Positions 52,401 through 63,963 of a stretch of 64,000 nt of DNA are shown piece by piece. A program made the translations under genes and the position numbers. The notes under the pieces are model-generated. The model was given only the letters and a program-made list of their open reading frames with translations, was not told where the DNA came from and made no database searches. Source of the DNA: Macrostomum hystrix. Its lineage: Eukaryota; Animalia; Platyhelminthes. The stretch is from positions 8,060,001-8,124,000 of the forward strand of contig CATNEN010000001.1 of the NCBI GenBank assembly GCA_950097015.1, in the 5' to 3' direction. Position 1 is the first letter of the stretch. Each line of letters opens with the position of its first letter.

Positions 52401-54960
52401 GCGTTGCCTTGCCGAGTCTCTTCTAGCACAAGTAGCGACTGGTGCTGCATCAGAGCCTCGGCTTCCGGACTCTAGGGGGAAATATTTTTTAAAATTAATT
52501 TTAGAGAAGCGTTTTCTGTCATCAGAGAGACTTTTACTGTCACAACGCGTTTTGAGTCATCAAAGAAGCATTTTGAGTCATTAGAGAGGCATTTTGAGTC
52601 ATTAGAGAAGCATTTAGAGACAAAGTGCATTGAGTCATTAAAGAGGCATTTTGAGTCATTAGAGAAGCATTTAGAGACAAAGTGCATTGAGTCATTAAAG
52701 AGGCATTTTGAGTCATTAGAGAGGCATTTTGAGTCATTAGAGAAGCATTTAGAGACAAAGTGCATTGAGTCATTAAAGAGGCATTTTGAGTCATTAGAGA
52801 AGCATTTAGAGACAAAGTGCATTGAGTCATTAAAGAGGCATTTTGAGTCATTAGAGAAGCATTTTGAGTCATTAGAGAAGCATTTAGAGACAAAGTGCAT
52901 TGAGTCATTAAAGAGGCATTTTGAGTCATTAGAGAAGCATTTAGAGACAAAGTGCATTGAGTCATTAAAGAGGCATTTTGAGTCATTAGAGAAGCATTTA
53001 GAGACAAAGTGCATTGAGTCATTAAAGAGGCATTTTGAGTCATTAAAGAGGCATTTTGAGTCATTAAAGAAGCATTTAGAGACAAAGTGCATCGAGTCAT
53101 TAAAGAGGCATTTTGAGTCATTAGAGAAGCATTTAGAGACAAAGTGCATTGAGTCATTAAAGATGCATTTTGAGTCATTAGAGAAGCATTTAGAGACAAA
53201 GTGCATTGAGTCATTAAAGAGGCATTTTGAGTCATTAGAGAAGCATTTTGAGTCATTAGAGAAGCATTTAGAGACAAAGTGCATTGAGTCATTAAAGAGG
53301 CATTTTGAGTCATTAGAGAAGCATTTAGAGACAAAGTGCATTGAGTCATTAAAGATGCATTTTGAGTCATTAGAGAAGCATTTAGAGACAAAGTGCATTG
53401 AGTCATTAAAGAGGCATTTTGAGTCATTAAAGAAGCATTTAGAGACAAAGTGCATCGAGTCATTAAAGAGGCATTTTGAGTCATTAGAGAAGCATTTAGA
53501 GACAAAGTGCATTGAGTCATTAAAGATGCATTTTGAGTCATTAGAGAAGCATTTAGAGACAAAGTGCATTGAGTCATTAAAGAGGCATTTTGAGTCATTA
53601 GAGAAGCATTTTGAGTCATTAGAGAAGCATTTAGAGACAAAGTGCATTGAGTCATTAAAGAGGCATTTTGAGTCATTAGAGAAGCATTTAGAGACAAAGT
53701 GCATTGAGTCATTAAAGAGGCATTTTGAGTCATTAGAGAAGCATTTAGAGACAAAGTGCATTGAGTCATTAAAGAGGCATTTTGAGTCATTAAAGAGGCA
53801 TTTTGAGTCATTAAAGAAGCATTTAGAGACAAAGTGCATCGAGTCATTAAAGAGGCATTTTGAGTCATTAGAGAAGCATTTAGAGACAAAGTGCATTGAG
53901 TCATTAAAGATGCATTTTGAGTCATTAGAGAAGCATTTAGAGACAAAGTGCATTGAGTCATTAAAGAGGCATTTTGAGTCATTAGAGAAGCATTTTGAGT
54001 CATTAGAGAAGCATTTAGAGACAAAGTGCATTGAGTCATTAAAGAGGCATTTTGAGTCATTAGAGAAGCATTTAGAGACAAAGTGCATTGAGTCATTAAA
54101 GAGGCATTTTGAGTCATTAGAGAAGCATTTAGAGACAAAGTGCATTGAGTCATTAAAGAGGCATTTTGAGTCATTAAAGAGGCATTTTGAGTCATTAAAG
54201 AAGCATTTAGAGACAAAGTGCATCGAGTCATTAAAGAGGCATTTTGAGTCATTAGAGAAGCATTTAGAGACAAAGTGCATTGAGTCATTAAAGATGCATT
54301 TTGAGTCATTAGAGAAGCATTTAGAGACAAAGTGCATTGAGTCATTAAAGAGGCATTTTGAGTCATTAGAGAATCGCTTTGAGTTATTAGAGAAGCAGTT
54401 TGAGTCATTACAAAATGATTTTTGAGTCATTAGAGAAGCCTTCTGAACCGTTAGAGAAACGTTTACATTACCGGGCGATTTTCCAGATGACTGTGACCAT
54501 GGCCGCCACCGTGACCGCAGAACAGGCAGATGCCAATGAGATTGATTAGCAAACCGCCGGCACCCACATAGACGATGAGTTTTGGATCTTTCATAGGATG
54601 CGGCTCAATAATCTTCTGAATTGCTTCTACAATAATGGTGAAGCACAGTGTCACTAGCATGACAGTGTTCACCAAGGTGCCAAGGATTTCAGATCGCTGA
54701 AAGCCGTAGGTATGCCGGCCATCTCTAGGCTTCTTGGACATGCGAACTGCGCCCAGAGCGATCACCAAAGCTAGAACATCCGACAGCATGTGAAACGAAT
54801 CCGCAACTAGGGTAACAGAATCGCAGAAATGGCCAACAACCAACTCAACACCAAAGTAGGTTATGGTCATGGCTATCATTAGGCCTAGACGGTGTGTTTT
54901 GCTTAGATAAAACATGCCTTTGCTGTGATGATGTTCCTCGCTGTGCTGTTCAGAAACCAT
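31483..54960 (-). CDS. SLC30A1: Cation-diffusion-facilitator zinc exporter, ZnT1/SLC30A1-like, ~549 aa; exons 54960-54472, 52471-52261, 38487-38227, 36309-36049, 34355-34276, 34185-34092, 33987-33899, 31647-31483
   Basis: TM2 LVADSFHMLSD and TM5 MNMQAAFLHIMGD (both HxxxD, Zn-type rather than the ZnT10 NxxxD). Also TYGFQRSEILG.LVN, a His-rich loop, YIDPCLS, ILMQTVP, VHDLHVWQL, IHCTTIQPEF and a C-terminal CFIDC...C...CC cluster as in ZnT1. All seven junctions are GT-AG and phase-consistent (0,1,1,1,0,1,0); total 1650 nt. Confidence 0.92.
31772..33740. repeat. Mixed 9/11-bp satellite (taatcaatc / tagaatcaatc)n in ZnT intron 7
   Basis: Direct tandem repetition of two related units. Confidence 0.96.
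34540..35830. repeat. 25/27-bp minisatellite (tgacacctgtcaatcaaatctccatta)n in ZnT intron 4
   Basis: Tandem repetition, with a duplicated terminal block (~35350-35465 and ~35630-35778). Confidence 0.94.
36965..38030. repeat. 31-bp minisatellite (gtcaaggatagtcaagaataaacaggattgt)n in ZnT intron 3
   Basis: Direct tandem repetition; the unit contains an internal gtcaag duplication. Confidence 0.96.
38691..50758. repeat. 40-bp satellite (ggaatagaatggattgctagtctagcctccaatgggtgaa)n, ~300 copies, 12 kb, in ZnT intron 2
   Basis: Exact 40-bp periodicity maintained across the array; substitution variants only, except in the last unit. Confidence 0.99.
52545..54440. repeat. Composite 21-bp / 57-bp satellite (ttttgagtcattagagaagca plus tttagagacaaagtgca...) filling ZnT intron 1
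   Basis: Tandem repetition. Unit lengths are multiples of 3, which explains the 420-652 aa spurious ORFs. Confidence 0.97.
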
Positions 54961-56744
54961 GAGTTAATAACATAAGCTCTCGGTTATTGAATAGTGGGAC
55001 TTTGACCTTTACTGTTTGCTGCCTATATTGTTTTGTTTGCTGCTCTCTGAAATAGAAAAATTGTTTAAGCAGCATCGGTTCAGCAACAGTTCAATCAACT
55101 CTTACTTGTGGCTAGGCCATATTTGCGATGTTAAAGCCATACTGTATTAACAAATAATGCAGGACAGATGTAATACAACTGTTTGTTTATGCCTAATATG
55201 AATGCATATCAATCAGCAAATCTCACTAGACAAGGATCCTGTGCATAGTTAGCTAGTAACTGTGACAATTTGTTTATCTATGGCAATAAAGGTTTGAAAA
55301 AAAGTTTAAATCATTTTTTAATTCTTTTCTAACCCTTTTTAACATCAATTTTCATATTTAAAAACACAAAACAAAATCTGGCATTCTTAAAATTCAGAGC
55401 TACAAATGGAAAATGTGCAGCCATGTTGAATGTTGAGGCACAATAGTAAGACCAGCTATTATTGGCATTTGACTAGCAATACATTATGTACTTTAATAAT
55501 CTAGAGTACTTTAAGTAGAAAATTATTAGCTATAGCTAAAGACATTATAATATGATTTGCTGCTTAGACACATGTTACTTATTAGTGATACAACAAAAGC
55601 ACTTGTTATTTGTTAAAACTTTTTTATGGTAATAATAAAAATATAAGTTTTTAATTAGACTCTATTGGGCCTAATACAGAATAAATATAGAGCAAAGTTT
55701 TGAACTAAAAGAATTATCAATAGTAATTAAGCACAAAATGTGTTGAACTTTTTTCTAGATGTAATATACATAGCTAAACCCACATTAAAATAGTTTCTGC
55801 TATTTTCATTAGCATGCTTAACTTGCTTATAATTTACTAGAGTTTTGTTAGGCCTAAAACTGACAAAAAATAATGTCAAATCATTGGTTAAACATCTAAA
55901 CAAGGCCTAACTCAAGGCCTAACAGATGAGTTGACTTACTTGTAGGCAAATAAAATTCATGAGCAGATAAAAAAATTGCACATAGCATTAGATTTGATGG
56001 CAGTCAGAACTCAAGCCTTAAAAATAAGTCAAATCTTGTTTAGGTGTAACTGAAGACTAAAGTGACAGATATAAACACACTGATCAATATGAACTTGTGT
56101 ATTTTATATGCATTTTATCAATAAAGTCTTTTATTTTGAGATAATTAAAGCTGTAGCACTAGGATATGAATTTTTCAATTGTTGTATGTCAGTCGAGTTT
56201 GTATAAAGCTTCTTTTAAGACAAGTTACAATCAGATGAGATTGTGGCAGACAAAGACTTGAAACTCTGATTGGGCTAGAAGACTAGGCATAGCTAACTGG
56301 TACACAAAGGAAACTTTTTGTGGTTGCTTCTGGCACACTTCTGGTATGATCCTATCCTGGCTATGTCTTAAAGCTAATTATCTAGCTATAGGCCCTAACT
56401 GTAAGTAGCTGGTAGCTAAATGTTTCAGTTGAATGGTTTTTATGTTGTCATTGTCAGTTAAGTTTGTTCTTGCAAGTTTCAGCAATCTTTAACTGAATAT
56501 CATGTAAATGGACTAGCTTCTTCTTTTAACTTCTTCTATTGAATGCTAGGCCTAATCTGAACCAGGCTAGGCTTACCATTAATTAATTCTTGTACATTAG
56601 CGTATGTTGGGCACCTAGGCCTACTACAAGCTAGCTAAAGAAATAAAAAGAAAAAAACTATTTAAAGATCCTTCATTCTTAAAAAATATCCAGAACCTTG
56701 TAAAAAAGCATTAAAAACTTGAAAAAATGAAGCTTAGTATAGTA

Positions 56745-57346
56745 TACCTTTTTACGTTCTATTTGATAAAAACTGCAACCAATTTGGCCACAGCTCAGCC
56801 TGACGCAGCCGCAGCAATTTTCCATAGACAGCCGCCGCTAGCAACAACCAATTTGGTAAAAACTGCGAGCTATTTTGCCAGCTTGAAGATATCATTCTTA
56901 TCATCTTATCATTCTTATCATCACTCTGATGGCGAATCGTGGGCCGTACCAAAAGATAAGTCAGCTGGATCGAGAGCGAATCATGAGAGCATACAGGAAT
57001 GGCGACGACTGGAGAAAGCTTGGCAGAATGATGGTCGGCTGCCATCACTGCCACTTCATTCATTCTTAATGTTATGAATTTGTGTTCTGACTTCTGACTG
57101 AGGACATATTGTTATCATTCTTTATCGTTATTGTTATGCTATTGCTCCCTATTTCGCTACTGCTGTTGACAGGGCAGGTCAAATACAGCAGTGAGCTGCT
57201 ATCTTCAAGCTGGCAAAATAGCTCGCAGTTTTTACCAAATTGGTTGCTACTAGTGGCGGCTGTCTATGGAAAATTGCTGCGGCTGCGTCAGGCTGAGCCG
57301 TGGCCAAATTGGTTGCAGTTTTTATCAAATAGAACGTAAAAAGGTA
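56745..57346. mobile_element. MITE with ~145-bp terminal inverted repeats
   Basis: Left arm tacctttttacgttctatttgataaaaactgcaacc...gccagcttgaagata is the reverse complement of the right arm tatcttcaagctggc...agaacgtaaaaaggta. The element is flanked by TA on both sides. Confidence 0.88.
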
Positions 57347-57369
57347 TAATAGCATGTAGCTAAGTGGTC

Positions 57370-58013
57370 TAGGGTAATGTATCATCAACCGAACAACAAT
57401 ATGCATTTTTTAACTTCAAACCTAAGCTACAGATTTTCTATTTAAGATATCATGATAAATCAAAAGCCAAGTTATAGAAAACTGTTTTGTCTTTCTAAAT
57501 AGTATCTGCTTTTGCAATTTTGTCAAATAGAAAAATGTTTTCATGTTTTTCATCTAAAACCAAACAATTATTTTCATGTATCTTCAAACCAAACAGAGAA
57601 TTTGATGTTCGGTTTTAAAATCTGAGTGAGTGGTTTAATCTTATTTTAAGGAGTGATCTATCATGAATTATATCATTTGAAAGGATTTTTCATGCTCTAT
57701 AAATAACTACATTTATGGTAATTTAATTGGAAAGCAACCACAAACAATCTTAGTCTAAAGTACATGCTGAAAAAATGCTGTTAAAAAGTATGCTTTTGTG
57801 ATAAAAATTTCTACTGAAAAATACATATCTTTCTTTCCTTTTAATGTTTCATTGCATGTCATGCCTTAGCTTGTAAATAATTTCATTGACATTCAAAATA
57901 GTTGTTCTGTGAAATACAATAGCTTGTTTCTGTCTTGCACAAGACCAACGAAGGAGTCAAAATTCTTGTTCGGTTTTGAAGATACACTGTTCGGTTGATG
58001 ATACATTACCCTA
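57370..58013. mobile_element. Second MITE, 26-bp TIR including terminal TA
   Basis: tagggtaatgtatcatcaaccgaaca ... tgttcggttgatgatacattacccta, with internal subterminal repeats tgtatcttcaaacc.aaca / tgttcggttttgaagataca. Confidence 0.82.
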
Positions 58014-59524
58014 CTTGAATTATTTGTGATTCCTACCGAACTGAAAATATAATTTCAAAAGACTGAAATAATCATGAAACTAATTTTTTCCACCATCTTA
58101 GACGTTGACCTAGGCAATACTTCAACTTACGATTTTGTCGTTGCTCTCGCTGAGAAAGGTAAAATGTAAATATCAGAAATAATATTGAACAATGTGAACA
58201 CCAGCTGTTCAGACGGATGGATTCACAAAAAAACCGGAAAACGGGCATAGCATTTTTGGGAAACTACTGGTTAAAACAACGTAGTATAAAATTTGTGAGA
58301 AATTTAATTTAAAAACAGAAAAACGTACAATTAATCATAGTTTTCTCTTTAAAAAACTTCTTGAATATTTAACTTACCGCTTCTTTTGTTGAATTTTTGT
58401 GTATGCCCTAGCAATTATAACTTCCAATTCCTTTTCCATTTTAATTTGTAACCACCTCGGACGGAGAGCATGAAGCGTGACAGGAGGCTTAGCTTTTTGT
58501 AAATAGTTAAAAGAGTTAGTATAAAATACTTCAGAGAAATACTTCAGAGAAAAGCGTTTGTAAACTAGTTATTTTAAGTTAGAGAATTATTACAGGATTG
58601 TTTATGTTTGAGTTTTTTTCGGTAAAAATTGGTCCCGACTCCCTTTAAGTATAAATTGCTTCGATTGTCTCTTGCTTACTTAAAAATATGTATCGTTTGA
58701 AAAAAGTAACTTCACTGTTAAAACGTCCTGCTAAATTCACAGATTCTATATTACCTATATTATCTATATTCTATATTCTATAATCTAGATTAATTAGGTA
58801 ATATAGAATATGTGGCTAAATTCGAGTCTGTGAAGACTTATTTTAGTTTTTTCTATGGCCGTGGCTGTCAGTTTTTCGATATAAATTGTGGCCAAGTTAA
58901 AGAAACTAAGAGCGGCTGTAGCTGATGCAGTTCGGCTTATTTCAAGCGGTATCTTGAACAAAAACGTGCCAATAAGGAATCATAAAAAACTGCCTGTTTT
59001 TTTATTTATTTTATAATTTTTGTGTAACAAGCAAACGAAGTGTGTACTCGTGTTTTGGCACTCAAGCAACTTTCACAACCTTGCCTTTTCTGTCAGTTTA
59101 GATTATAAAGTCATAATATTCAAGCTATTCATCCAAATTTATAGACAATTTTGAATATGCGCAAAATAAAGCTTAGCTTATGTACTCCTAATGTGCGTTA
59201 TGTATACTATTCGATATGCTAATGGCATAAAATCAAAGCATTCTAAGTAGGTGAAAGATCTTTACGAGGTTTTGCGCCTTAAGTTTATTTTGAATCATTC
59301 TGATTTTCCCCAAAACAGTCATACTTTTAGCTACTGTGTAAAATTAACTTGAAGCTCTGCAATCACAGTAGATTTTTTCTTTTTTTCGAAAAACAGACAT
59401 GTAAATGCATTTAGAATCGGTTTTTTGTAGACAGTTGAAAATTATTTATACCGAAATAAGTTTCTGAAGTAGTAAACAAGCTTTCACGATCGCCAATGAA
59501 AAACTATATCCGATTGTTTTCAGT

Positions 59525-62500
59525 ATGGAAGAATCTAGCGGTGAGGTCATCAAAGAATTAGAAGCCAGTTTGGCTAAGGATTTGCAAGATTTGAAAAATG
59601 AAATAGAAGAAAATGATTTGGTGCACGGACTGCCGCACAAGGGCATTAGGTGAGGATGCAGTTTTAATCTCTGAATTAACTGCTCTTTTTGTGGCTAACC
59701 GCAAAACATCCGCTTCATTCATCCACGATCAGTTCGATACCGATTCCGAAAGATGCCGAGTACTTCAGGCTGGAGCGCAGGCTGGCAGTTCAACGCCTGC
59801 TGCAGGTGGCCGACGTGAAGCCGCTGCCAATCCTGGCTGACGTCATGCGAGAGGAGAAGGACATCTGCTGCTCGCCTGAGTACAGCCACGAGAGCATTCT
59901 CCTTCTGTTGCACGATGTGAGGGAAATCATTGCGAACTTATGGAGGAACATTTGTCAAATGGGGTGGATAATTAGCCTTTTTAACAGTAGGACTACCAAG
60001 CCATTTTGCCGCCCGTTTTTATTCCAAGTGGGGAATTCCTAAAATCTATGGGTGGAAACGGATTGGTTGACAGACTAGGAAAGGGTGTCCTGTGGTTGAG
60101 ATGCACCTAATTTTTAGGCTTGATCAGTGAAATAAGAGAAATTCGCGTCAGGGTGTCCATAGGGTACATAGTTCCACCTGTTGTAGCCCTTGAAGGTCCA
60201 GCAGTCCGTCTAGATAAAGGTAGGTGACCACCGAAGACGGAGATGATGCAGGCACATTCGGGTGACATGCTGATAAATTTTGAAGGCCTGGCAAGGCCGC
60301 ACTGAGGCACAGTGCTAATTTGTGTATAGGGCAGCACAAAAATTGTCAGGGCTAGTAAAATCGACCATTTGTTGTTCTACTGTTACGTTGTGAGGTATTG
60401 ATAAACTTGGCGATAAACTGACAAAGTGGGGATAATTTTCCAATACACATGTGCTAAAATCTCACCACTGACCCTCCGCAGCACTTTATCAAGCGAATGC
60501 ACGAGCTAGCTAACTGTCGCTACGAGCACCTTCTGCGTTGGAGACGATTCCGAGAACACCTGGGCGTGCTGGAAAATCTACAGCCATATTTTAGTTCGCG
60601 CATGGAGTAAGTAAAGCTTGTTTTATCTAGAATTTGAAATGACGAAAACTGAATTCTCAATCCGACCGCTGACTTCTAGATTGCTGCTCAAACACTACGA
60701 AGATTACTCAAGTCGAGCTCAACGACTGGCATCTGTGTGCGAGTCGTTTTTCTACAAAAGCGACAACGCTGTCGAGGATATGAATCCTGACGACATTGTG
60801 CTCTACCTGCGCTGGCTGGTGTCTCACCTACAGTCTATAAGGCTTTATTCTCAGTTCCTTAAGGTGAGCTCTGAATGAAATTGGGAATAATAATAATACG
60901 ATACATATACCGCATTTATCCGCCGCCAGTGAGGAGGCAGGACTGCTCATTCTACTGGCTCCTGAGCACACACGCACACAGATACCGTATGCAGGCACAC
61001 GCTCACACAGGTGTGTACATCTGCCCTGACTTTCTCAACGTCAGGCAGTGTACACTGTCACTGTGCCTTGGAGATTGGCCCTCAAGAGCTTAAATTGCAC
61101 GACAAGCCCCCCAAACCTTCTCTCTGCGGCTGCACCCAAATAAATTTGGCCTCGCCGCGGAATCGAGCTCTCGGACATTGGTGCGAGAGGCAAACGCGTT
61201 AACCGCTCTGCCACCGACCCCATAATAATACGATGTGCATTCCATATTTATCCGCAGTCAGCGAGGAGGCAATTCTGCCCATTCCGCTGACTAGTACCGT
61301 ACGCATGCACACACTTAAACCTGCCCTGACTTTCTCATTCTCAAGAACGTATTTTGCACGACAAGCACCTGAGCCTTGTCCCCACGGTTGCATCCGGATT
61401 AAATGTGGCCTCAACCGCGTATTTGAGCTCTAGGACATTCTAGGACAAATTCACATTTTCTTCCAGGTAATTCAATGGACCCCGTACGCTCATCGTCACG
61501 ACGTCAGCAAAGAGCTGCCAGAGTACCTGACCCAGCCGAATCCTGACGGACCCCTCGAGGAGGACGGCGCCGCTGCTCATCCCGCGGCCAGCTCCGTGGT
61601 TCGTGTGGTGCAGGCCGCGCCAGCTGACCACGCCCTGCATGAGGTGCCGACTCCGCCGCCGATGATAGCGCCGAATGTGACAGCTCACAATCCTGTGTCG
61701 CAGAACCAGTTCACACTGGCTCTAGCCGCAGCCGCCACCCAGACGGTGTGGAATAGTAGCCTGCTGTCCCTGCCTTTGCACACCAATGAAGTTGACGACC
61801 TGAAGCCGCATTTGTTGGCTTATTGCGAGATCTACGCTATTGGAGCGGTGTGTATTTAGCGGTCTGCTTTGATTGGGCCCCATTATAGAAATAGGAATCA
61901 CACCTGGGCTGTACAAATCAAATCATTTCTTTAGGGTTGAGATTTTAACTCCCAGCCTCTCTTTAAAAAGCTCAAAGCTCTAACCCCATTTTTACAAGCT
62001 CCAGCTCAATTTATTGATTTAACTTCAAGCTTTAGCTTCATTCTTAACTTCTCGTCTCTTCAACTTCGTCTTTGGGTGGGTGAACATCGTAGATTTAAAG
62101 CCCGTCGAAGGGAGAGATAAGAGCCTACGACTAGCATGCGTACATTCAATGTACATCGATTGCAAGGAACAACACAGCTTTATCGGCCAATCGAGTTTCA
62201 TTTCATTTGATCTTGAATTATCAACAAATAAAGAAACCAACTGCAATTTGTATTTTAATTTTAATTTCAGAACGCAGAAACGCTTCAAAGTGCATCGGAC
62301 GAAATGGAGCTATTTGCCTGCGTCAATAGGAAATTTCGTCAGATTTTTTTTCAACAGGAAGTGCAGAGGACATTTAGAACCTATGATCACCGAGAGGTTT
62401 GTTTTTGAACAATTTCGATTTTTTATCTGACATATTTTTAGCTTTTCAATACAGGATTCGTAATTCAATTCCCCTGGAAGTCGAGTTTATCAATAAACGC

Positions 62501-63963
62501 CATTAATTTCCAGTTTCAACAGGAAGACGGAGTGTCTATTGACAAAAAGATTGCGAAATACAAGCCAAAGGTTGGCTTATGCACTCGTTCATGCATCTTG
62601 TTCTCTATTAAGACCGATTTCTCATTCAGTGATTTATCGAGTAGAAACTTATCTTCGATAGAAATTATGGAAATATTGTCCACAGTTAGATTTAGAAATG
62701 GAAAAATGTGTGCAAGGTAAAAGCATGTACTAGCAAGAAGTGTCTATTAGGTACAGTACTATTATTAATTTATATCTTCAATATGTTTAGCCACATTTGC
62801 ATATGCTCATGTATTTATAAATGCATGTTTCCTTAATTTTGATTCTATCTTAGTTTTATCAGCGCACATGCAATCACCGTGAGGGATTTTCTGACACTGA
62901 TTACATATCTGTACCTGTGTTTATACACTCGAAAATGTCTTGCATTTCTTCTAAACCTCTCGTTTAATAATCTTTAAAAAGGACTTACAATTTCCTACCT
63001 TCAATAATTATCTGTCTGACAGAAATTCTATCACCTTCTATGTCTATAATGGTGTTTCAAACAGCACGCTTATAAAATGCGAGTCATAGTGAATCATCTT
63101 CTAGAATAGCATTCACTTGTCTCTCATGACTGAATAAAAGTATGCTCGGTAAAAAGAAATCCCTTAGATAGAAATCCCCTGGATAGAAATCCCCTGGATA
63201 GAAATCCCCTGGATATAAATCCCCTGGATATAAATCCCCTGGATAGAAATCCCCTGGATAGAAATCCCCTGGATAGAAATCCCCTGGATAGAAATCCCCT
63301 GGATAGAAATCCCCTGGATAGAAATCCCCTGGATAGAAATCCCCTGGATAGAAATCCCCTGGATAGAAATCCCCTGGATAGAAATCCCCTGGATATAAAT
63401 CCCCTGGATAGAAATCCCCTGAATAGATATCCCCTGGATGGAAATCCCCTGGATAGAAATCCCCTACATAGAAATCCCCTAGATAGAAATCCCCTAGACA
63501 GAAATCCTTGGATAGAAATCCACTAAATAGAAATCCCCCGGACAAAAATCGATCAGATAATAAAACTGAATAGCAAGTCAAGCGCAATGTCTACTTGACT
63601 CCCCCATCCCACCCATGGATACCAGACTGACGTGGAGAAGTGGGGCCTCGACACGCCGAGTCACGCGTTGCGCAAGCCGGCCAACTGGTTGAAGTTCGCC
63701 AAACTGCAGCCGGAGCGAAGCGTCGCCACCGAGCAGACCATGACGGAGCTGCGCCGTCGAAAACAAGTCGACGAGCTGCTCCGCTCAGCCTGCCGTTTCG
63801 CCGGCGTCAGCGACCCGGAGCGGGTCCAGGACGTCCTGCGAAGCCACGCGTCGGCGGTGGCGAATCCGCCGCATCTGCACGGCACCGCGGTGGCTACCTA
63901 TGCCAGCGGAAAGAAGACGATTGACACTTGGAGAAAGATCTATTCCAATCCGCAGATATACGA
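59525..63963 (+). CDS. CCDC162: CCDC162 / C6orf183-like (DUF4549-type) protein, 3'-incomplete; exons 59525-59649, 59733-59916, 60482-60606, 60680-60863, 61467-61847, 62271-62396, 63626-~63963
   Basis: The spliced translation ELEASLAKDLQDLKNEIEE..SSIPIPKDAEYFRLERRLAVQRLLQVADVKPLPILADVMREE..EYSHESILLLLH..HLLRWRRF..DIVLYLRWLVSHL..DEMELFACVNRKFR matches my recollection of the C6orf183/CCDC162 family. Junctions are GT-AG and phase-consistent. The true start may lie in an upstream exon, since ttttcag precedes the ATG. Confidence 0.75.
60885..61228 (-). mobile_element. tRNA-derived SINE family A, near full length, intronic
   Basis: The reverse strand reads ggggtcggtggcagagcggttaacgcgtttgcctctcgcaccaatgtccgagagctcgattccgcggcgaggcc followed by the family body. 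Confidence 0.85.
61245..61440 (-). mobile_element. tRNA-derived SINE family A, degenerate and internally deleted, adjacent to the previous copy
   Basis: ccgcagtcagcgaggaggcaattctgcccattccgctgact and ctgccctgactttctc..ttgcacgacaagc match the family. Confidence 0.7.
63155..63545. repeat. 15-bp minisatellite (gatagaaatcccctg)n, intronic
   Basis: Direct tandem repetition; gives the spurious (DFYPG)n ORF. Confidence 0.96.

Noticed and set aside
52472-54430. 652/622/420-aa ORFs
   Set aside because: Translations of a satellite whose unit lengths are multiples of 3. They are open on both strands and lie within ZnT intron 1, bounded by canonical splice sites.
63084-63587. (DFYPG)n pentapeptide ORF
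   Set aside because: 15-bp intronic minisatellite, antisense to the host gene.
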